In this document: piece after piece, positions 36,349-46,084 of the stretch
How the letters are laid out: every line of letters begins with the position of its first letter
How positions within the stretch are numbered: the stretch's first letter is position 1
DNA from: Deltaproteobacteria bacterium
GTDB taxonomy: Bacteria > Myxococcota_A > UBA9160 > UBA6930
DNA: 64,000 nucleotides
Assembly (NCBI GenBank): GCA_029261815.1
Contig: JAJDAQ010000086.1
Location: forward strand, 47,448-111,447
Reading direction: 5' to 3'
Notes under the pieces: model-generated
Seen by the model: the letters and a program-made list of their open reading frames with translations, nothing else
Databases searched by the model: none
Told to the model about the DNA's origin: nothing
Translations under genes and position numbers: made by a program

Positions 36349-38721
36349 CTAGTACTCGATGGTGACCTGTCCGAAGAACGTGCGCGGCCGGGCGAAGCTC
36401 TGGAAGCCCACCGAAGGCAGCGCGTTGGCGCGGTAGTCCTCGTCCGTCAGGTTGCGGCCGAAGATTCCGAGTCGGATGTGCTCGGTGACCTGGAGGAAGA
36501 CCGAAGCATCGAGGATGCCGTAGCCGTCTTCCGAGTCCGGGAGCGGTCCGAGGTTGGCAAGCGTGAAGTCATCCATGTCCCGGTAGCTGACCTGTCCGCC
36601 GATGCCCATGCCGTTGCCGAGTTCACCGTCGTAGATCAACGACAGTGCCCAGTTCCAGTCCGGCGTGCGCGAGAGCGGCGTGGTCGAGAAGTCGATACTT
36701 CCCTGTGCCGCGGATCCAGGAGTGCCCGGGCCGCCGACCAAGCCGACCGGCACGCGGCGCGCGTCGATCTGGGCTTCGTCGATCTCGATGTCCTGATAGC
36801 CGCCGGTCGCGTTGACCGAGAGTCCCTCGACCCAGGGAATGTCCGCCTGGATCTCGAGTTCGACACCCCAACCGCTCACCTCATCGAAGTTGTTGTTGTA
36901 GGTGTTCGTCCCTCGCGGTCCGCCCGGTGTATTGACGACGAAGTTGGCCTGATAGCCCTCGACCTCCTGGTAGAAGATGTTCCCGTTGACGATCAGGTCG
37001 CCATCGAGGAACACGTTCTTCGAGCCCAGTTCGTACGTCTCGACGGATTCCGGTTCGAACGTGTTGAACGTCTCGCCGTCACCCGTGAAGTTGTTCTGCC
37101 CCATCACGGTTTCGGAGAGCGTTCCGCGAATCGAGAAGCCACCCGATCGGAAACCCTCGGAACGGGTCAGGTAGACGAGATGGTCGTCCGTGACCTGCCA
37201 GGTCACACCGAAGCGGGTGATGACCTCGTTGAACGAAGCGCTGTCCGTGAAGTTGACGGCCGTATTCGTGATCGCGCCCGGTGTGAGCGGCGCGACGCGG
37301 ACGGCGTCCTGGAAGACGCTCTTGATGTCGAAATCTTCACTGATGTAACGCGCACCAGCGGAGACGGTCACATTCTCGAGGATGTCAAAGTCCACGTTCG
37401 CGAACAGGGCGTAGGACGAAGTCTCCAGGGTTGAGTTCTGCACCGCGATATTCGCGAACGCAGGACCCAATACGGTCTGGAGATTGAGGTCCGTGTGCTG
37501 CTGCAGCGTGAGCTTGCTCTCATAGAAGTACGCACCCACGATCGTGTGTACGCGGTCGTCCGCGAAATCGGACGCGAAGCGGATCTCCTCGCTGAACTGG
37601 CGATAGAGCTGCATCCGGTTCGTGTGCAGCGAAGGCGCTGGGAAGCGCGGGTTGCCATTGTAAGGGCAACCACGGCCGCCCAGGTCGGTGACACACGTGG
37701 AGTCGAAGTCCTGGATCACGTCGTCACTGCCACTGACATAGCCCGTGATCGAGGTCAGGGTGCCGATTGCATTGTCCCAGTTGATCTCGGCACTGATGCG
37801 CGTCGTCTCGTAGTCGGTCGGCTGCTCGATGTCGGCCAGGGAGTCGTGCGGGTCGAGCCCGTTCGCGCCCGGCAGGTTCTGCAGGCCGGGAATCAGCGGG
37901 TTGTCTACGAACGACAGCGTGTTCTCAGCCTGCACCGGAGGCGTCTCGCTCTCGTCCTTCATGTAGTCGAACAAGAGATAGATCGAGAGGTCTTCGGTCG
38001 GATCCAGCTGGAGCCCGGCCGTGATGAGCAGGTTCTCGATGTCGCCGAGGCTGCTGCCGTCGTACAGGTTCTCGTAGAACCCGTCGGCTTCGCGGTACTG
38101 CACGCCCAGCTTGAGGGCGGCCAGGTCGTTGAACAATCGGCCGGTATTGAGAACGGCCTTGGCGCCGTATTCATCGAACGTCCCGTACGTGAACTGGGCG
38201 CGAACCCCCATGTCCTCGGTCGGTCGCGTGCGCTTGATGTCGATCACGCCCGCGGTCGTGTTCTTGCCGTACAAGAGGCCCTGCGGCCCGCGGTTGATCT
38301 CGATCTGGGCAACATCGAACAGGTCGGTCAGCTGCCCAGTGTTGGTTCCGAACGAGATTCCGTCGACCATCACACCGAATGCGGGGCTCTGGGCCTTCTC
38401 GACGTCGGCATAACCCTGGCCGCGCGAGTAGATCGCACCGATGCCGGGGCCCGCCGTCTGGTTGCCGATGAACAGGTTCGGCGCGAGACCGGTCGCGTCG
38501 AGCAGATTCTGCGGCGCCGCGATCTCGAGGTACTCGCCGCCGATCACGGTGACCGGGACGGGAACGTCCTGCACGTTTTGTTCGCGCCGTAGGGTCGTCA
38601 CGATGATCTCGTCGACGGCGTCCTTGTCATCTTCCGCTTGGGCGATGGCCGGAGCCATCAGGCCCACTGCGATCGCGAGGACCAGCGCGTTGCGCCAACC
38701 CATCTGGTTCCGGGTAATCAT
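36349..38721 (-). CDS. TonB-dependent receptor (paralog of 31815-34241)
   Basis: The start at 38721 follows GGAGGG and gives signal peptide MITRNQMGWRNALVLAIAVGLMAPAIA. Plug motifs DEIIVTTLRREQNVQDV and IEINRGPQGLLYGKNTTAGVIDI. C-terminal Tyr. The listed ORF runs further upstream through non-coding sequence. Confidence 0.85.
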   Translation of the reverse strand: MITRNQMGWRNALVLAIAVGLMAPAIAQAEDDKDAVDEIIVTTLRREQNVQDVPVPVTVIGGEYLEIAAPQNLLDATGLAPNLFIGNQTAGPGIGAIYSRGQGYADVEKAQSPAFGVMVDGISFGTNTGQLTDLFDVAQIEINRGPQGLLYGKNTTAGVIDIKRTRPTEDMGVRAQFTYGTFDEYGAKAVLNTGRLFNDLAALKLGVQYREADGFYENLYDGSSLGDIENLLITAGLQLDPTEDLSIYLLFDYMKDESETPPVQAENTLSFVDNPLIPGLQNLPGANGLDPHDSLADIEQPTDYETTRISAEINWDNAIGTLTSITGYVSGSDDVIQDFDSTCVTDLGGRGCPYNGNPRFPAPSLHTNRMQLYRQFSEEIRFASDFADDRVHTIVGAYFYESKLTLQQHTDLNLQTVLGPAFANIAVQNSTLETSSYALFANVDFDILENVTVSAGARYISEDFDIKSVFQDAVRVAPLTPGAITNTAVNFTDSASFNEVITRFGVTWQVTDDHLVYLTRSEGFRSGGFSIRGTLSETVMGQNNFTGDGETFNTFEPESVETYELGSKNVFLDGDLIVNGNIFYQEVEGYQANFVVNTPGGPRGTNTYNNNFDEVSGWGVELEIQADIPWVEGLSVNATGGYQDIEIDEAQIDARRVPVGLVGGPGTPGSAAQGSIDFSTTPLSRTPDWNWALSLIYDGELGNGMGIGGQVSYRDMDDFTLANLGPLPDSEDGYGILDASVFLQVTEHIRLGIFGRNLTDEDYRANALPSVGFQSFARPRTFFGQVTIEY

Positions 38722-38857
38722 CCATCCCTCCTGAGTGCGCCGGTACGGGCAGAGCGGCGCGGCTGCGGCATCATGCCGCTGGCCTGCAGTCCGACCCGGA
38801 CTCCCCATCGGAGTCGGGAGGAAATGCGAGCCTATATTGGCACGGTCCGGAACGGAA

Positions 38858-38871
38858 TTGCACGTGTTAAA
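38858..38871. promoter_or_regulatory. Operator-like site TTGCACGTGTTAAA
   Basis: It lies in the divergent region between the receptor (38721, minus) and the SDR (38941, plus). It is embedded in the larger inverted repeat TTGCAC-N10-GTGCAA (38858-38879) and overlaps TGTTAAATT. Confidence 0.5.
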
Positions 38872-38940
38872 TTGTGCAACCCGTCGCAAAAGTGACCGGA
38901 AGTCGGGTCTTTTTGGCCCCAATCGCAAAGAGGGATCGTG

Positions 38941-39717
38941 ATGCTCGAAGGCAAGGTGGCGGCGGTGACCGGCGGAAGCCGAAGCATCGGCCGCGGAATC
39001 GTCGAGGCGTTCCTGGCCGGCGGGGCTTCGGTGGTCCTGAACGGTCGCGACGAGGCCAAGGGGCAGCGCGCCCTCGAAGAGCTGGGCGCGGGCGATCGCG
39101 CCGTGTTCGTGGCTGGAGATGTCCGCAATGCGGCCGACATCGCGCGGCTCGTCGATGAAGCCGCGTCGCGCTTCGGGCGCCTGGACATCATGGTCAACAA
39201 TGCCGGCGGGATCACCGAACCTGCGCCCGTCGCCACACTGACGGACGAAGCGTGGGCCAACGACCTTCAGTGGAACCTGTCGAGTGTGTTCTACGGAACG
39301 AAACACGCGCTCCGGCACATGCTGGCGCAGGGGAGCGGATCGATCATCAATATCTCGTCCGTGGAAGGGAAGATGGGCTTCGCCGGGATGGCCGGCTACG
39401 CGGCGGCCAAGCACGGCGTTCATGGGCTCACCAAGTCGACGGCGCTCGAAGTGGGTCGCCAAGGCGTCACCGTCAACGCGATCTGTCCCGGTCTCATCCT
39501 GACCGACGCCGTCGTGAATGGCGGGCCCGACACCGCGGCCTCGATGGGGCTTACCTATGACCAGCTCGTCAACGATGTCTTCAAGGCGAAGACCGCGACC
39601 GGGGAGCTCAATACGGTCGAACAGATCGCAGCGGTCGCGGTCCTGCTGGCGTCCGACGCGGGCAGGGGAATCACCGGGACGGCCATTTCCGTCGATGGCG
39701 GTCAGACGCCCTACTAG
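38941..39717 (+). CDS. SDR-family oxidoreductase
   Basis: GKVAAVTGGSRSIGRG, NNAG, YAAAKHG. ATG at 38941 (GTG at 38938 is an alternative), after AAGAGGGA. Confidence 0.85.
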   Translation: MLEGKVAAVTGGSRSIGRGIVEAFLAGGASVVLNGRDEAKGQRALEELGAGDRAVFVAGDVRNAADIARLVDEAASRFGRLDIMVNNAGGITEPAPVATLTDEAWANDLQWNLSSVFYGTKHALRHMLAQGSGSIINISSVEGKMGFAGMAGYAAAKHGVHGLTKSTALEVGRQGVTVNAICPGLILTDAVVNGGPDTAASMGLTYDQLVNDVFKAKTATGELNTVEQIAAVAVLLASDAGRGITGTAISVDGGQTPY

Positions 39718-39723
39718 CCTTGG

Positions 39724-40296
39724 CTAGTCGTTCGGGTCGCTGTCACGCTGGAAGGCCGCTTCGAGGGACCAGCGGTCCCCGTGCAGTGCCGCGCGCGTCC
39801 AGTCCATTTCGACGCGTCGCTCAGCGATCTTCCACTCACCGCTCCGGCGTTCGAAACGGTCTCGGTAGCGGCCGCCGAACAATGCATGGGTCTCCGTGCC
39901 GTCTTCGCCATGCACCGGGTGGAACGCAAGCACGTAGCTTTCGACATCGGCCCGGTCGTCGCGCAGTTCGATCAGCACGTTTGTGACGTGATGTTGGCTG
40001 CGGAGCTCGAAGGGGGCCAGGAGCGCGACGATCCGGTCCGCGAACTCGAACGCGCTTCCCACGAAGGAGCCGTGGTCGTCGACCGCATCGGCGTGGTAGG
40101 CACTTCGGATCAGCGCCGCGTCGCGACCATCGACGCCGGCACAGTAGCGGGCCAGCGCTTGCCGAATGGCCCGGTCGGCCTCGAGCGCGAAAAGCGCGTC
40201 CGCAGCGGGAGGCGCGACTCCATCGTCGCGCCGAAAGATGCCGAATTTGCGTTCGAATCGGTGTCGGCGCCGATGGGAGCCCTGGCCGATCGGCAT
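39724..40296 (-). CDS. NTF2/SnoaL_4-like protein
   Basis: EADRAIRQALARYCAGVDGRDAALIRSAYHADAV pattern. It lies 5 nt downstream of the crotonase gene on the same strand. Confidence 0.7.
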   Translation of the reverse strand: MPIGQGSHRRRHRFERKFGIFRRDDGVAPPAADALFALEADRAIRQALARYCAGVDGRDAALIRSAYHADAVDDHGSFVGSAFEFADRIVALLAPFELRSQHHVTNVLIELRDDRADVESYVLAFHPVHGEDGTETHALFGGRYRDRFERRSGEWKIAERRVEMDWTRAALHGDRWSLEAAFQRDSDPND

Positions 40297-40301
40297 CGCG
40301 C

Positions 40302-41168
40302 CTAGCTCCGCTTCGCCTGGTCCCGGATGATCTTCACGCCCGCGGGGTCCACCAGCATGCCGTGGACCTGTTGGTTGTTGCTATGTCCGAGCTGTTGCAG
40401 CGACATGGCGGCCTGAAGCGCGGTGTAGAGGCCTTGCGCGTCCTGCGCCTGGTTGACCGATTGCTTTGCCAGTTTGAGTCCCATCGACGGGCGCGCGGCG
40501 ATGCGTGTGGCCATCTCGAGCGTGCGTGCGGGCAGGTCGTCCAGGGGGACCACCTGATTCACCATGCCGAGCTGCTTGCCTTCCTCGGCCGAGATCGCCT
40601 CGCCCGTGAACAGCATTTCCTTGGCCTTTCGCACACCGACTTCCCACGGGTGCGCGAAGTACTCGACGCCATTGACGCCGAATGCGACCACGGGGTCGGA
40701 GAACTGCGCGTTCTCGGCCGCGATCACCAGGTCGCAAACCCACATGAGCATGAGGCCGCCCGCGATCACCTTGCCCTGGACTTCGGCGATCGTCGGCTTC
40801 GGCAGGTTTCGCCAGCGCCAGCACATGCCGAGGTAGATCTCGTGCTCGACGGCCATGTGCCCCTCGGCGCCCGGCTCATCGAATCCACCCCAGCCACTCA
40901 CGGTTTCGAACGCTTCCATCGGATCGCTGTCGCGGAGGTCGTGGCCCGACGAGAAGTGCGGGCCGTCGGCTGCGAGAATGATGCACTTGACCGTGTTGTC
41001 CTGGGCCGCGCGGTCGAATGCCGCGTTCAGCTCGTAGGTCATGCGCTTGCCTTGGGCGTTTCGCGCGTCGGCGCGCGCGAGAACGATCCGGGCGACGCCC
41101 TCGGCGGGCGTTTCGTAGCGGATCTGCTCCCAGCTGTTCGGGTCGGCGGCGTCGATGGCGGCGGCCAT
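40302..41168 (-). CDS. Enoyl-CoA hydratase/isomerase (crotonase) family
   Basis: The start at 41168 follows AAGGAG. Motifs ARIVLARADARNAQ, FSSGHDL, EVQGKVIAGGLML. Confidence 0.85.
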   Translation of the reverse strand: MAAAIDAADPNSWEQIRYETPAEGVARIVLARADARNAQGKRMTYELNAAFDRAAQDNTVKCIILAADGPHFSSGHDLRDSDPMEAFETVSGWGGFDEPGAEGHMAVEHEIYLGMCWRWRNLPKPTIAEVQGKVIAGGLMLMWVCDLVIAAENAQFSDPVVAFGVNGVEYFAHPWEVGVRKAKEMLFTGEAISAEEGKQLGMVNQVVPLDDLPARTLEMATRIAARPSMGLKLAKQSVNQAQDAQGLYTALQAAMSLQQLGHSNNQQVHGMLVDPAGVKIIRDQAKRS

Positions 41169-41217
41169 GGGTTCTCCTTGGGGAAACGAGACCGCATCGG
41201 CCTCGTGAACGCTTGAT

Positions 41218-41231
41218 TTTAACATGTTTAA
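41218..41231. promoter_or_regulatory. Operator-like palindrome TTTAACATGTTTAA
   Basis: It lies in the divergent region between the crotonase (41168, minus) and the E1-alpha gene (41285, plus). The minus strand reads TGTTAAAAT (41216-41224), an extended -10-like element. Confidence 0.6.
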
Positions 41232-41284
41232 GTGGTCTCATGTCGGCCCCGTTGTCGGCCCGAACGCCGCAGAGGAGTGCCTGA

Positions 41285-42253
41285 ATGGACTTGTCCCGCG
41301 AGACCTTGATCGAGGTCTACCGACGGATGCGCACCATCCGATCCTTCGAGGAGAACCTCCAGGCCCTGGTTGCGGCCGGCAAGGTCGGTGGCTTCATGCA
41401 CCTCTACGCCGGCGAGGAAGCCATCGCGGTCGGCGTCTGCATGCAACTGACGGACGCGGACCTGGTGGGTTCGACGCATCGGGGCCACGGCCACTGCATC
41501 GCCAAGGGTGTCGATGTGAAGGCGATGATGGCGGAGTTGTTCGGCCGCGCGACCGGGACGAACAAGGGCAAGGGCGGCTCGATGCATATCGCCGACGTCG
41601 ACAAGGGCATGATGGGGGCCAACGGCATCGTGGGGGGTGGCATTCCGCTGATCACGGGCGCCGCACTCACCGCGCAGGTGAAGGGCACGGATTCGCTCGC
41701 GGTCGGTTTCTTCGGGGACGGCGCCACCAACCAGGGGCAGTTCCACGAGTCGCTGACGATGGCGGCCAACTGGAAGTTGCCGGTCGTCTACGTCTGCGAA
41801 AACAACGGCTTCGGCGAATTCACACCCACGGAGTTCGTCGTTCCCGTGAAGGATATCGTCGAGCGCGCCAAGTCGTATTCGATGCGCGCTGTGATCGCGG
41901 ACGGCATGGACTTCTTCGACGTCTACGAGAAGATGGGCGAGGCCAAGGCGCTCGCACTGGCGGGGGAAGGTCCGACGTTGCTCGAATGCAAGACCTACCG
42001 CTTCTACGGCCACTACGTCGGCGACCCGACGCCGTACCGCAACAAGGAGGAGGCCGAGGACTGGATCCAGAACCGCGACCCCCTCGACATCTTCGAACGC
42101 AAGGCCACCGAGGCCGGGATCCTGACGACCGATGATCTCCGCGAAGTCGACGGCGACGTCGAGCAGCTGATGCGGGAGGCCGTGGAAGAAGCGGAGCAGG
42201 CACCCATGCCTTCGGTCGACGACGTCCTGACCGACGTCTACGTGAGGTACTAG
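41285..42253 (+). CDS. acoA: TPP-dependent dehydrogenase E1 alpha subunit (acetoin-dehydrogenase type)
   Basis: MHLYAGEEAIAVG, HRGHGHCIAKG, GKGGSMHIAD, GFFGDGATNQG. Confidence 0.8.
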   Translation: MDLSRETLIEVYRRMRTIRSFEENLQALVAAGKVGGFMHLYAGEEAIAVGVCMQLTDADLVGSTHRGHGHCIAKGVDVKAMMAELFGRATGTNKGKGGSMHIADVDKGMMGANGIVGGGIPLITGAALTAQVKGTDSLAVGFFGDGATNQGQFHESLTMAANWKLPVVYVCENNGFGEFTPTEFVVPVKDIVERAKSYSMRAVIADGMDFFDVYEKMGEAKALALAGEGPTLLECKTYRFYGHYVGDPTPYRNKEEAEDWIQNRDPLDIFERKATEAGILTTDDLREVDGDVEQLMREAVEEAEQAPMPSVDDVLTDVYVRY

Positions 42254-42255
42254 GG

Positions 42256-43263
42256 ATGGCACGCGAACTGAATACGGGCGCCGCGATCAACGAAGCCATT
42301 GCGATCGCGATGCGCACGGATCCGGACGTGATCCTGATGGGCGAGGACGTCGCGGGTGGCGGAGATCGGTCCAAGGAAGGCACCGAGGAGATGGGCGGCG
42401 TGCTTGGTACGACCCGCGGCCTGGTCGGCGAGTTCGGCATGAATCGCGTGCGCGACACGCCGATCGCCGAGATGGGCCTGATCGGTACGGCGGTCGGGGC
42501 GGCCGCGACCGGTCTGCGGCCCGTCGCCGAGCTGATGTTCATGGACTTCCTCGGGACCAGCCTCGACCCGCTGCTCAACCAGGCCTCGAAGCTCCGATAC
42601 ATGTTTGGCGGCAAGGTGAAGGTGCCGTTGACCGTCCGAACCGTGAGCGGCGCCGGGATGCAGGCGGCGGCCCAGCACTCCCAGTCGCTCTACTGGATGA
42701 CGACCGGGATCCCGGGACTCAAGACCGTGATTCCGTCGAACCCGGCGGATGCCAAGGGGCTGCTCCTGGCGTCGATCCGTGACGACGATCCGGTCATCTT
42801 CTGTGAGGCCAAGGGCATTCTCAACCTGGTCGGTGAGGTTCCGGAGGAGGACTACGAAATCCCCCTCGGCGTGGCCAATGTCGTGCGCGAAGGGACGGAT
42901 GTCTCGCTCGTTGCCTTCGGTGCGACCGTGAGTACGGCAATGAAGGCGGCGAAGGCACTGGAAGGCGCAGGAACCAGCGCCGAAGTCATCGATCTTCGCT
43001 CGCTGTCGCCGATCGACGAGACCGCCATCCTGACATCGCTCGAGAAGACCGGCCGCATGGTCATCATCGACGAGTCGACCCCGCGCTGTTCGATCGCGCG
43101 CGACATTGCCGCGGTGTGCGTCGACAAGGGCTTCGACTTCCTGAATGCGCCGGTCAAATGCGTCACGGCCCCGCACACGCCGGTGCCGTTCAGCGCTGTC
43201 CTGGAGCAGGCCTTCTTGCCGTCGGCCCAGGACGTGCTCGACGCCGTCGGCGAGATGGGCTGA
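42256..43263 (+). CDS. acoB: Dehydrogenase E1 beta subunit (transketolase-like)
   Basis: GEDVAGGG, RVRDTPIAEMG, PVIFCE. It starts 2 nt after the E1-alpha stop. Confidence 0.8.
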   Translation: MARELNTGAAINEAIAIAMRTDPDVILMGEDVAGGGDRSKEGTEEMGGVLGTTRGLVGEFGMNRVRDTPIAEMGLIGTAVGAAATGLRPVAELMFMDFLGTSLDPLLNQASKLRYMFGGKVKVPLTVRTVSGAGMQAAAQHSQSLYWMTTGIPGLKTVIPSNPADAKGLLLASIRDDDPVIFCEAKGILNLVGEVPEEDYEIPLGVANVVREGTDVSLVAFGATVSTAMKAAKALEGAGTSAEVIDLRSLSPIDETAILTSLEKTGRMVIIDESTPRCSIARDIAAVCVDKGFDFLNAPVKCVTAPHTPVPFSAVLEQAFLPSAQDVLDAVGEMG

Positions 43264-43270
43264 GGCGACG

Positions 43271-44551
43271 ATGGCCACCGCGATCTCGATGCCCAAACTC
43301 GGCATGACGATGGAAGAGGGCACGGTCGTGCAGTGGCCGCTCTCTCCCGGTGACCCGGTCGAGAAGGGCGAGCTGCTGCTGATCATCGAATCCGAGAAGA
43401 ACGAGGTCGACATCGAGTCGCCGGCGTCGGGCTTCTTTCGACACATCTATGTCGAAGAGGGCGATACGGTCCCGTGCGGTTCGTTGCTAGGCGCGATCAC
43501 GGAGACGGAGGACGAAGACTTCGACGCGGATGCCTTCCATGCCGCCGAAGACCGTCCGGAGAACAAGGGCGGCGGCGCGCTCGAGGTGAAGGTCGCGCCG
43601 AAAGCCGCTGCGGCGGCCGCCACGCCCGCAGCCCGGGCCGACAAGCCCGTGGCGCCCGCTGCACGCGGCACAGCGAAGAAGCTGGGCATCGACCCGCAGG
43701 ATGTGGCCGGAACGGGCCCCGGCGGCCGTGTCACGAAGGAAGACGTCGAGGCCTATGCGTCGGCTCGCGAGGCACTGGTGCCGGTCGCAGAGGGCGTTTC
43801 GCTCGAAGTGCTCGCCTTGGGCGACGGCGATCCAGTCGTGTTGCTGCCCGGGCTCGGGACCGATGTTTCTGCCTTCGCTCGCCAGACGCCGATGCTGGCT
43901 GAGCGTTTCCACGTGCTCGGCGTCAACCCGCGTGGCGTCGGACTTTCTGACGCGCCGGACGCCGATGTCTACGACGTCGCGCAGACAGCGGCCGACGCGG
44001 CCGCCACGTTCGAAGGTGCCGCCCACATCGTGGGCGCGAGTCTGGGCTCGGCCGCCGCCATCGAGCTCGCACTTTCCTACCCGGACAAGGTGAAGTCGCT
44101 GACACTGATCACGCCCTTCGTCGACGCATCGCCACGACTCGTCGCCATCGGAGAGGGCTGGCGCCGTGCTGCGGCGGAGACCACGCCGGAGACGCTCGCA
44201 GCAACGCTCTTACCGTGGTTCTTCTCTGCGAGCTTCCTGGGCGATGCAGCTGCGCGCGGGCGCACATTGCGCGGCCTCGCGCAGACGGTGGCGCGGGTTC
44301 CGGCAAGGACGCTCGATCGCATGACCGCGGGTCTCGAAGCCTGGTCGGGGACGCGCGCGTCCTCGCTCGGCCAGATCGCGGTGCCGACGTTGGTCGTCGT
44401 GGCGGGAGAAGATCTGCTCACGCCGGGTGCCGAAGCCATCGCGGCCGGCATTCCGGGTGCCACGGTGCTCGTGGTCGATGGCGCAGGGCACGCCGTCGCA
44501 CTCGAAGCGGGCGATGCCGTCAACGACGCGCTCGCGTCGCACCTGGGTTAG
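43271..44551 (+). CDS. acoC: AcoC-type E2: lipoyl domain + E3/E1-binding domain + alpha/beta-hydrolase domain
   Basis: Lipoyl domain (MPKLGMTMEEGTVVQW...IIESEKNEVDIESP), an Ala/Pro linker and a PSBD-like segment (ARGTAKKLGIDPQDVAGTGPGGRVTKEDV). The C-terminus is a hydrolase fold with the GASLG nucleophile elbow. Confidence 0.75.
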   Translation: MATAISMPKLGMTMEEGTVVQWPLSPGDPVEKGELLLIIESEKNEVDIESPASGFFRHIYVEEGDTVPCGSLLGAITETEDEDFDADAFHAAEDRPENKGGGALEVKVAPKAAAAAATPAARADKPVAPAARGTAKKLGIDPQDVAGTGPGGRVTKEDVEAYASAREALVPVAEGVSLEVLALGDGDPVVLLPGLGTDVSAFARQTPMLAERFHVLGVNPRGVGLSDAPDADVYDVAQTAADAAATFEGAAHIVGASLGSAAAIELALSYPDKVKSLTLITPFVDASPRLVAIGEGWRRAAAETTPETLAATLLPWFFSASFLGDAAARGRTLRGLAQTVARVPARTLDRMTAGLEAWSGTRASSLGQIAVPTLVVVAGEDLLTPGAEAIAAGIPGATVLVVDGAGHAVALEAGDAVNDALASHLG

Positions 44552-44554
44552 GTC

Positions 44555-46084
44555 ATGGTCGCTTTTGCCGCCCGCCTCGCAGAAGAACGACCCGACGAAG
44601 TCGCCCTGCGCGACTCCGACCGCGCGCTGTCCTGGGCCGATCTGGACGATGCGCTGAATCGCGCTGCCAACGCGCTGCTGACGTTCGACCTCGGGCCCGA
44701 CCATCGCATCGCCGTCTTCGCCGAGAACTCGGTCGAGACCGCCATCGCGCACATGGGCGGCCTGATCGGTGGCGCCTCATCGGTGCCGGTCAATTTCCAT
44801 CTGACCGCGGACGAAGTCGCGTACATCCTCGAGGACTCGGACACGCGCGTTCTCTTCGTCGGTCCCGAAACCGCGGAGCGCGGGGCGGCGGCGGCTCGCC
44901 AGGCGGGTGTGGCGACGGTCGTCGGCTGGCGGTGCGAAGGCGTCGCCGGAATCACTGACTGGCTCGATTGGCTCGCGTCGGCCTCCGGGGAGCCGGCGCC
45001 CGTGGATCACGCGCCGCGGCCCAACCTGCTCTACACGTCGGGCACGACGGGTCGCCCCAAGGGCACCGACCTCCCGCCGACCATGTTCGCGGCCGGCGAC
45101 ACCGTGGCCGAGCACCTGGAGAACGTGACCAAGGGTCCCTTCGCCCAGTTCGGCACGCATGGGGTGATCGGGCCGCTCTATCACACGGGTCCATTGTCGG
45201 GTTCGCGCAACCTGGTTGGCGGCGTCCCCGTCGTGATCCTGTCCCGCTTCGATGCGGAGGGCGTGCTGCAGGCGATCCACGAGTACGGCATCGAGTCGTC
45301 GGTCATGGTGCCCACGCACTTCGTCCGTCTGCTCGCGCTCCCGGAAGAGACCCGCGCGAAGTACGACCTTTCGAGCCTCAAGTTCATCTTCCACACCGGC
45401 TCGTCATGCCCGGTGGACGTGAAGCAGGCGATGCTCGACTGGTGGGGGCCCGTGATCTGGGAAGCCTACGGCGCGAGCGAGGTGGGAACGACCTGTTCGA
45501 TCGGGCCCGAAGACTGGCTTGCCCATCCCGGGTCCGTCGGAAAGGCGGCACCGCCGTTCGAGGCGCTCTGCGTCGACGATGACGGCAACGAACTTCCGCC
45601 GAATACCGAGGGCCGGCTCTACTTCCGCGATATGACGGGGCGCGGTGTCGTCTATCACAACGACCCGGCGAAGTCGGCCGCCGCGCACTTGCGGCCCGGC
45701 GTCTTCACGCTTGGCGAGATCGGCTACCTCGACGAAGACGGATTCGTTTTCATCACGGATCGTTTCTCGGACATGGTGGTTTCGGGCGGAGTGAACCTCT
45801 ATCCGGCGGAGCCTGAGAAGGAACTCATCAACCATCCCGAAATCGCCGACGTGGCCTGCATCGGCGTCCCCCATCCGGAAATGGGCGAGGAGCTGAAGGC
45901 GCTGGTGATCCCACGCGATCCTGCGAACCCGCCCGCTGCGTCCGAACTGATCGCTTGGGTCCGGGAGCGGATCTCGACGTACAAGTGCCCGCGCTCGGTC
46001 GATTTCGTCGACGATCTCGGGCGCAACACCATGGGCAAGATCAACAAGCGCAAGCTCCGGGCGCCCTACTGGGAAGGACGTTAG
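44555..46084 (+). CDS. Acyl-CoA synthetase (AMP-forming, ANL superfamily)
   Basis: YTSGTTGRPKG, EAYGASE, GEIGYLDEDGF, GKINKRKLR. Confidence 0.9.
   Translation: MVAFAARLAEERPDEVALRDSDRALSWADLDDALNRAANALLTFDLGPDHRIAVFAENSVETAIAHMGGLIGGASSVPVNFHLTADEVAYILEDSDTRVLFVGPETAERGAAAARQAGVATVVGWRCEGVAGITDWLDWLASASGEPAPVDHAPRPNLLYTSGTTGRPKGTDLPPTMFAAGDTVAEHLENVTKGPFAQFGTHGVIGPLYHTGPLSGSRNLVGGVPVVILSRFDAEGVLQAIHEYGIESSVMVPTHFVRLLALPEETRAKYDLSSLKFIFHTGSSCPVDVKQAMLDWWGPVIWEAYGASEVGTTCSIGPEDWLAHPGSVGKAAPPFEALCVDDDGNELPPNTEGRLYFRDMTGRGVVYHNDPAKSAAAHLRPGVFTLGEIGYLDEDGFVFITDRFSDMVVSGGVNLYPAEPEKELINHPEIADVACIGVPHPEMGEELKALVIPRDPANPPAASELIAWVRERISTYKCPRSVDFVDDLGRNTMGKINKRKLRAPYWEGR

Noticed and set aside
38722-38937. 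A possible riboswitch (for example cobalamin) in the long leaders upstream of the TonB-dependent receptors. Other leaders are at 34242-34425 and 6713-6914.
   Set aside because: No B12-box-like or other riboswitch core that I recognise is present. Only short generic GC hairpins are seen.
36349-39462. The listed 1037-aa ORF extending the TBDR upstream across the intergenic region and the SDR gene. Similar over-extended N-termini occur at 6594, 1588, 26392, 43145, 34111, 61837 and 57069.
   Set aside because: The upstream extensions are Arg/Pro/Gly-rich and overlap other well-supported genes. Internal starts with an RBS give proper signal peptides or conserved N-termini.
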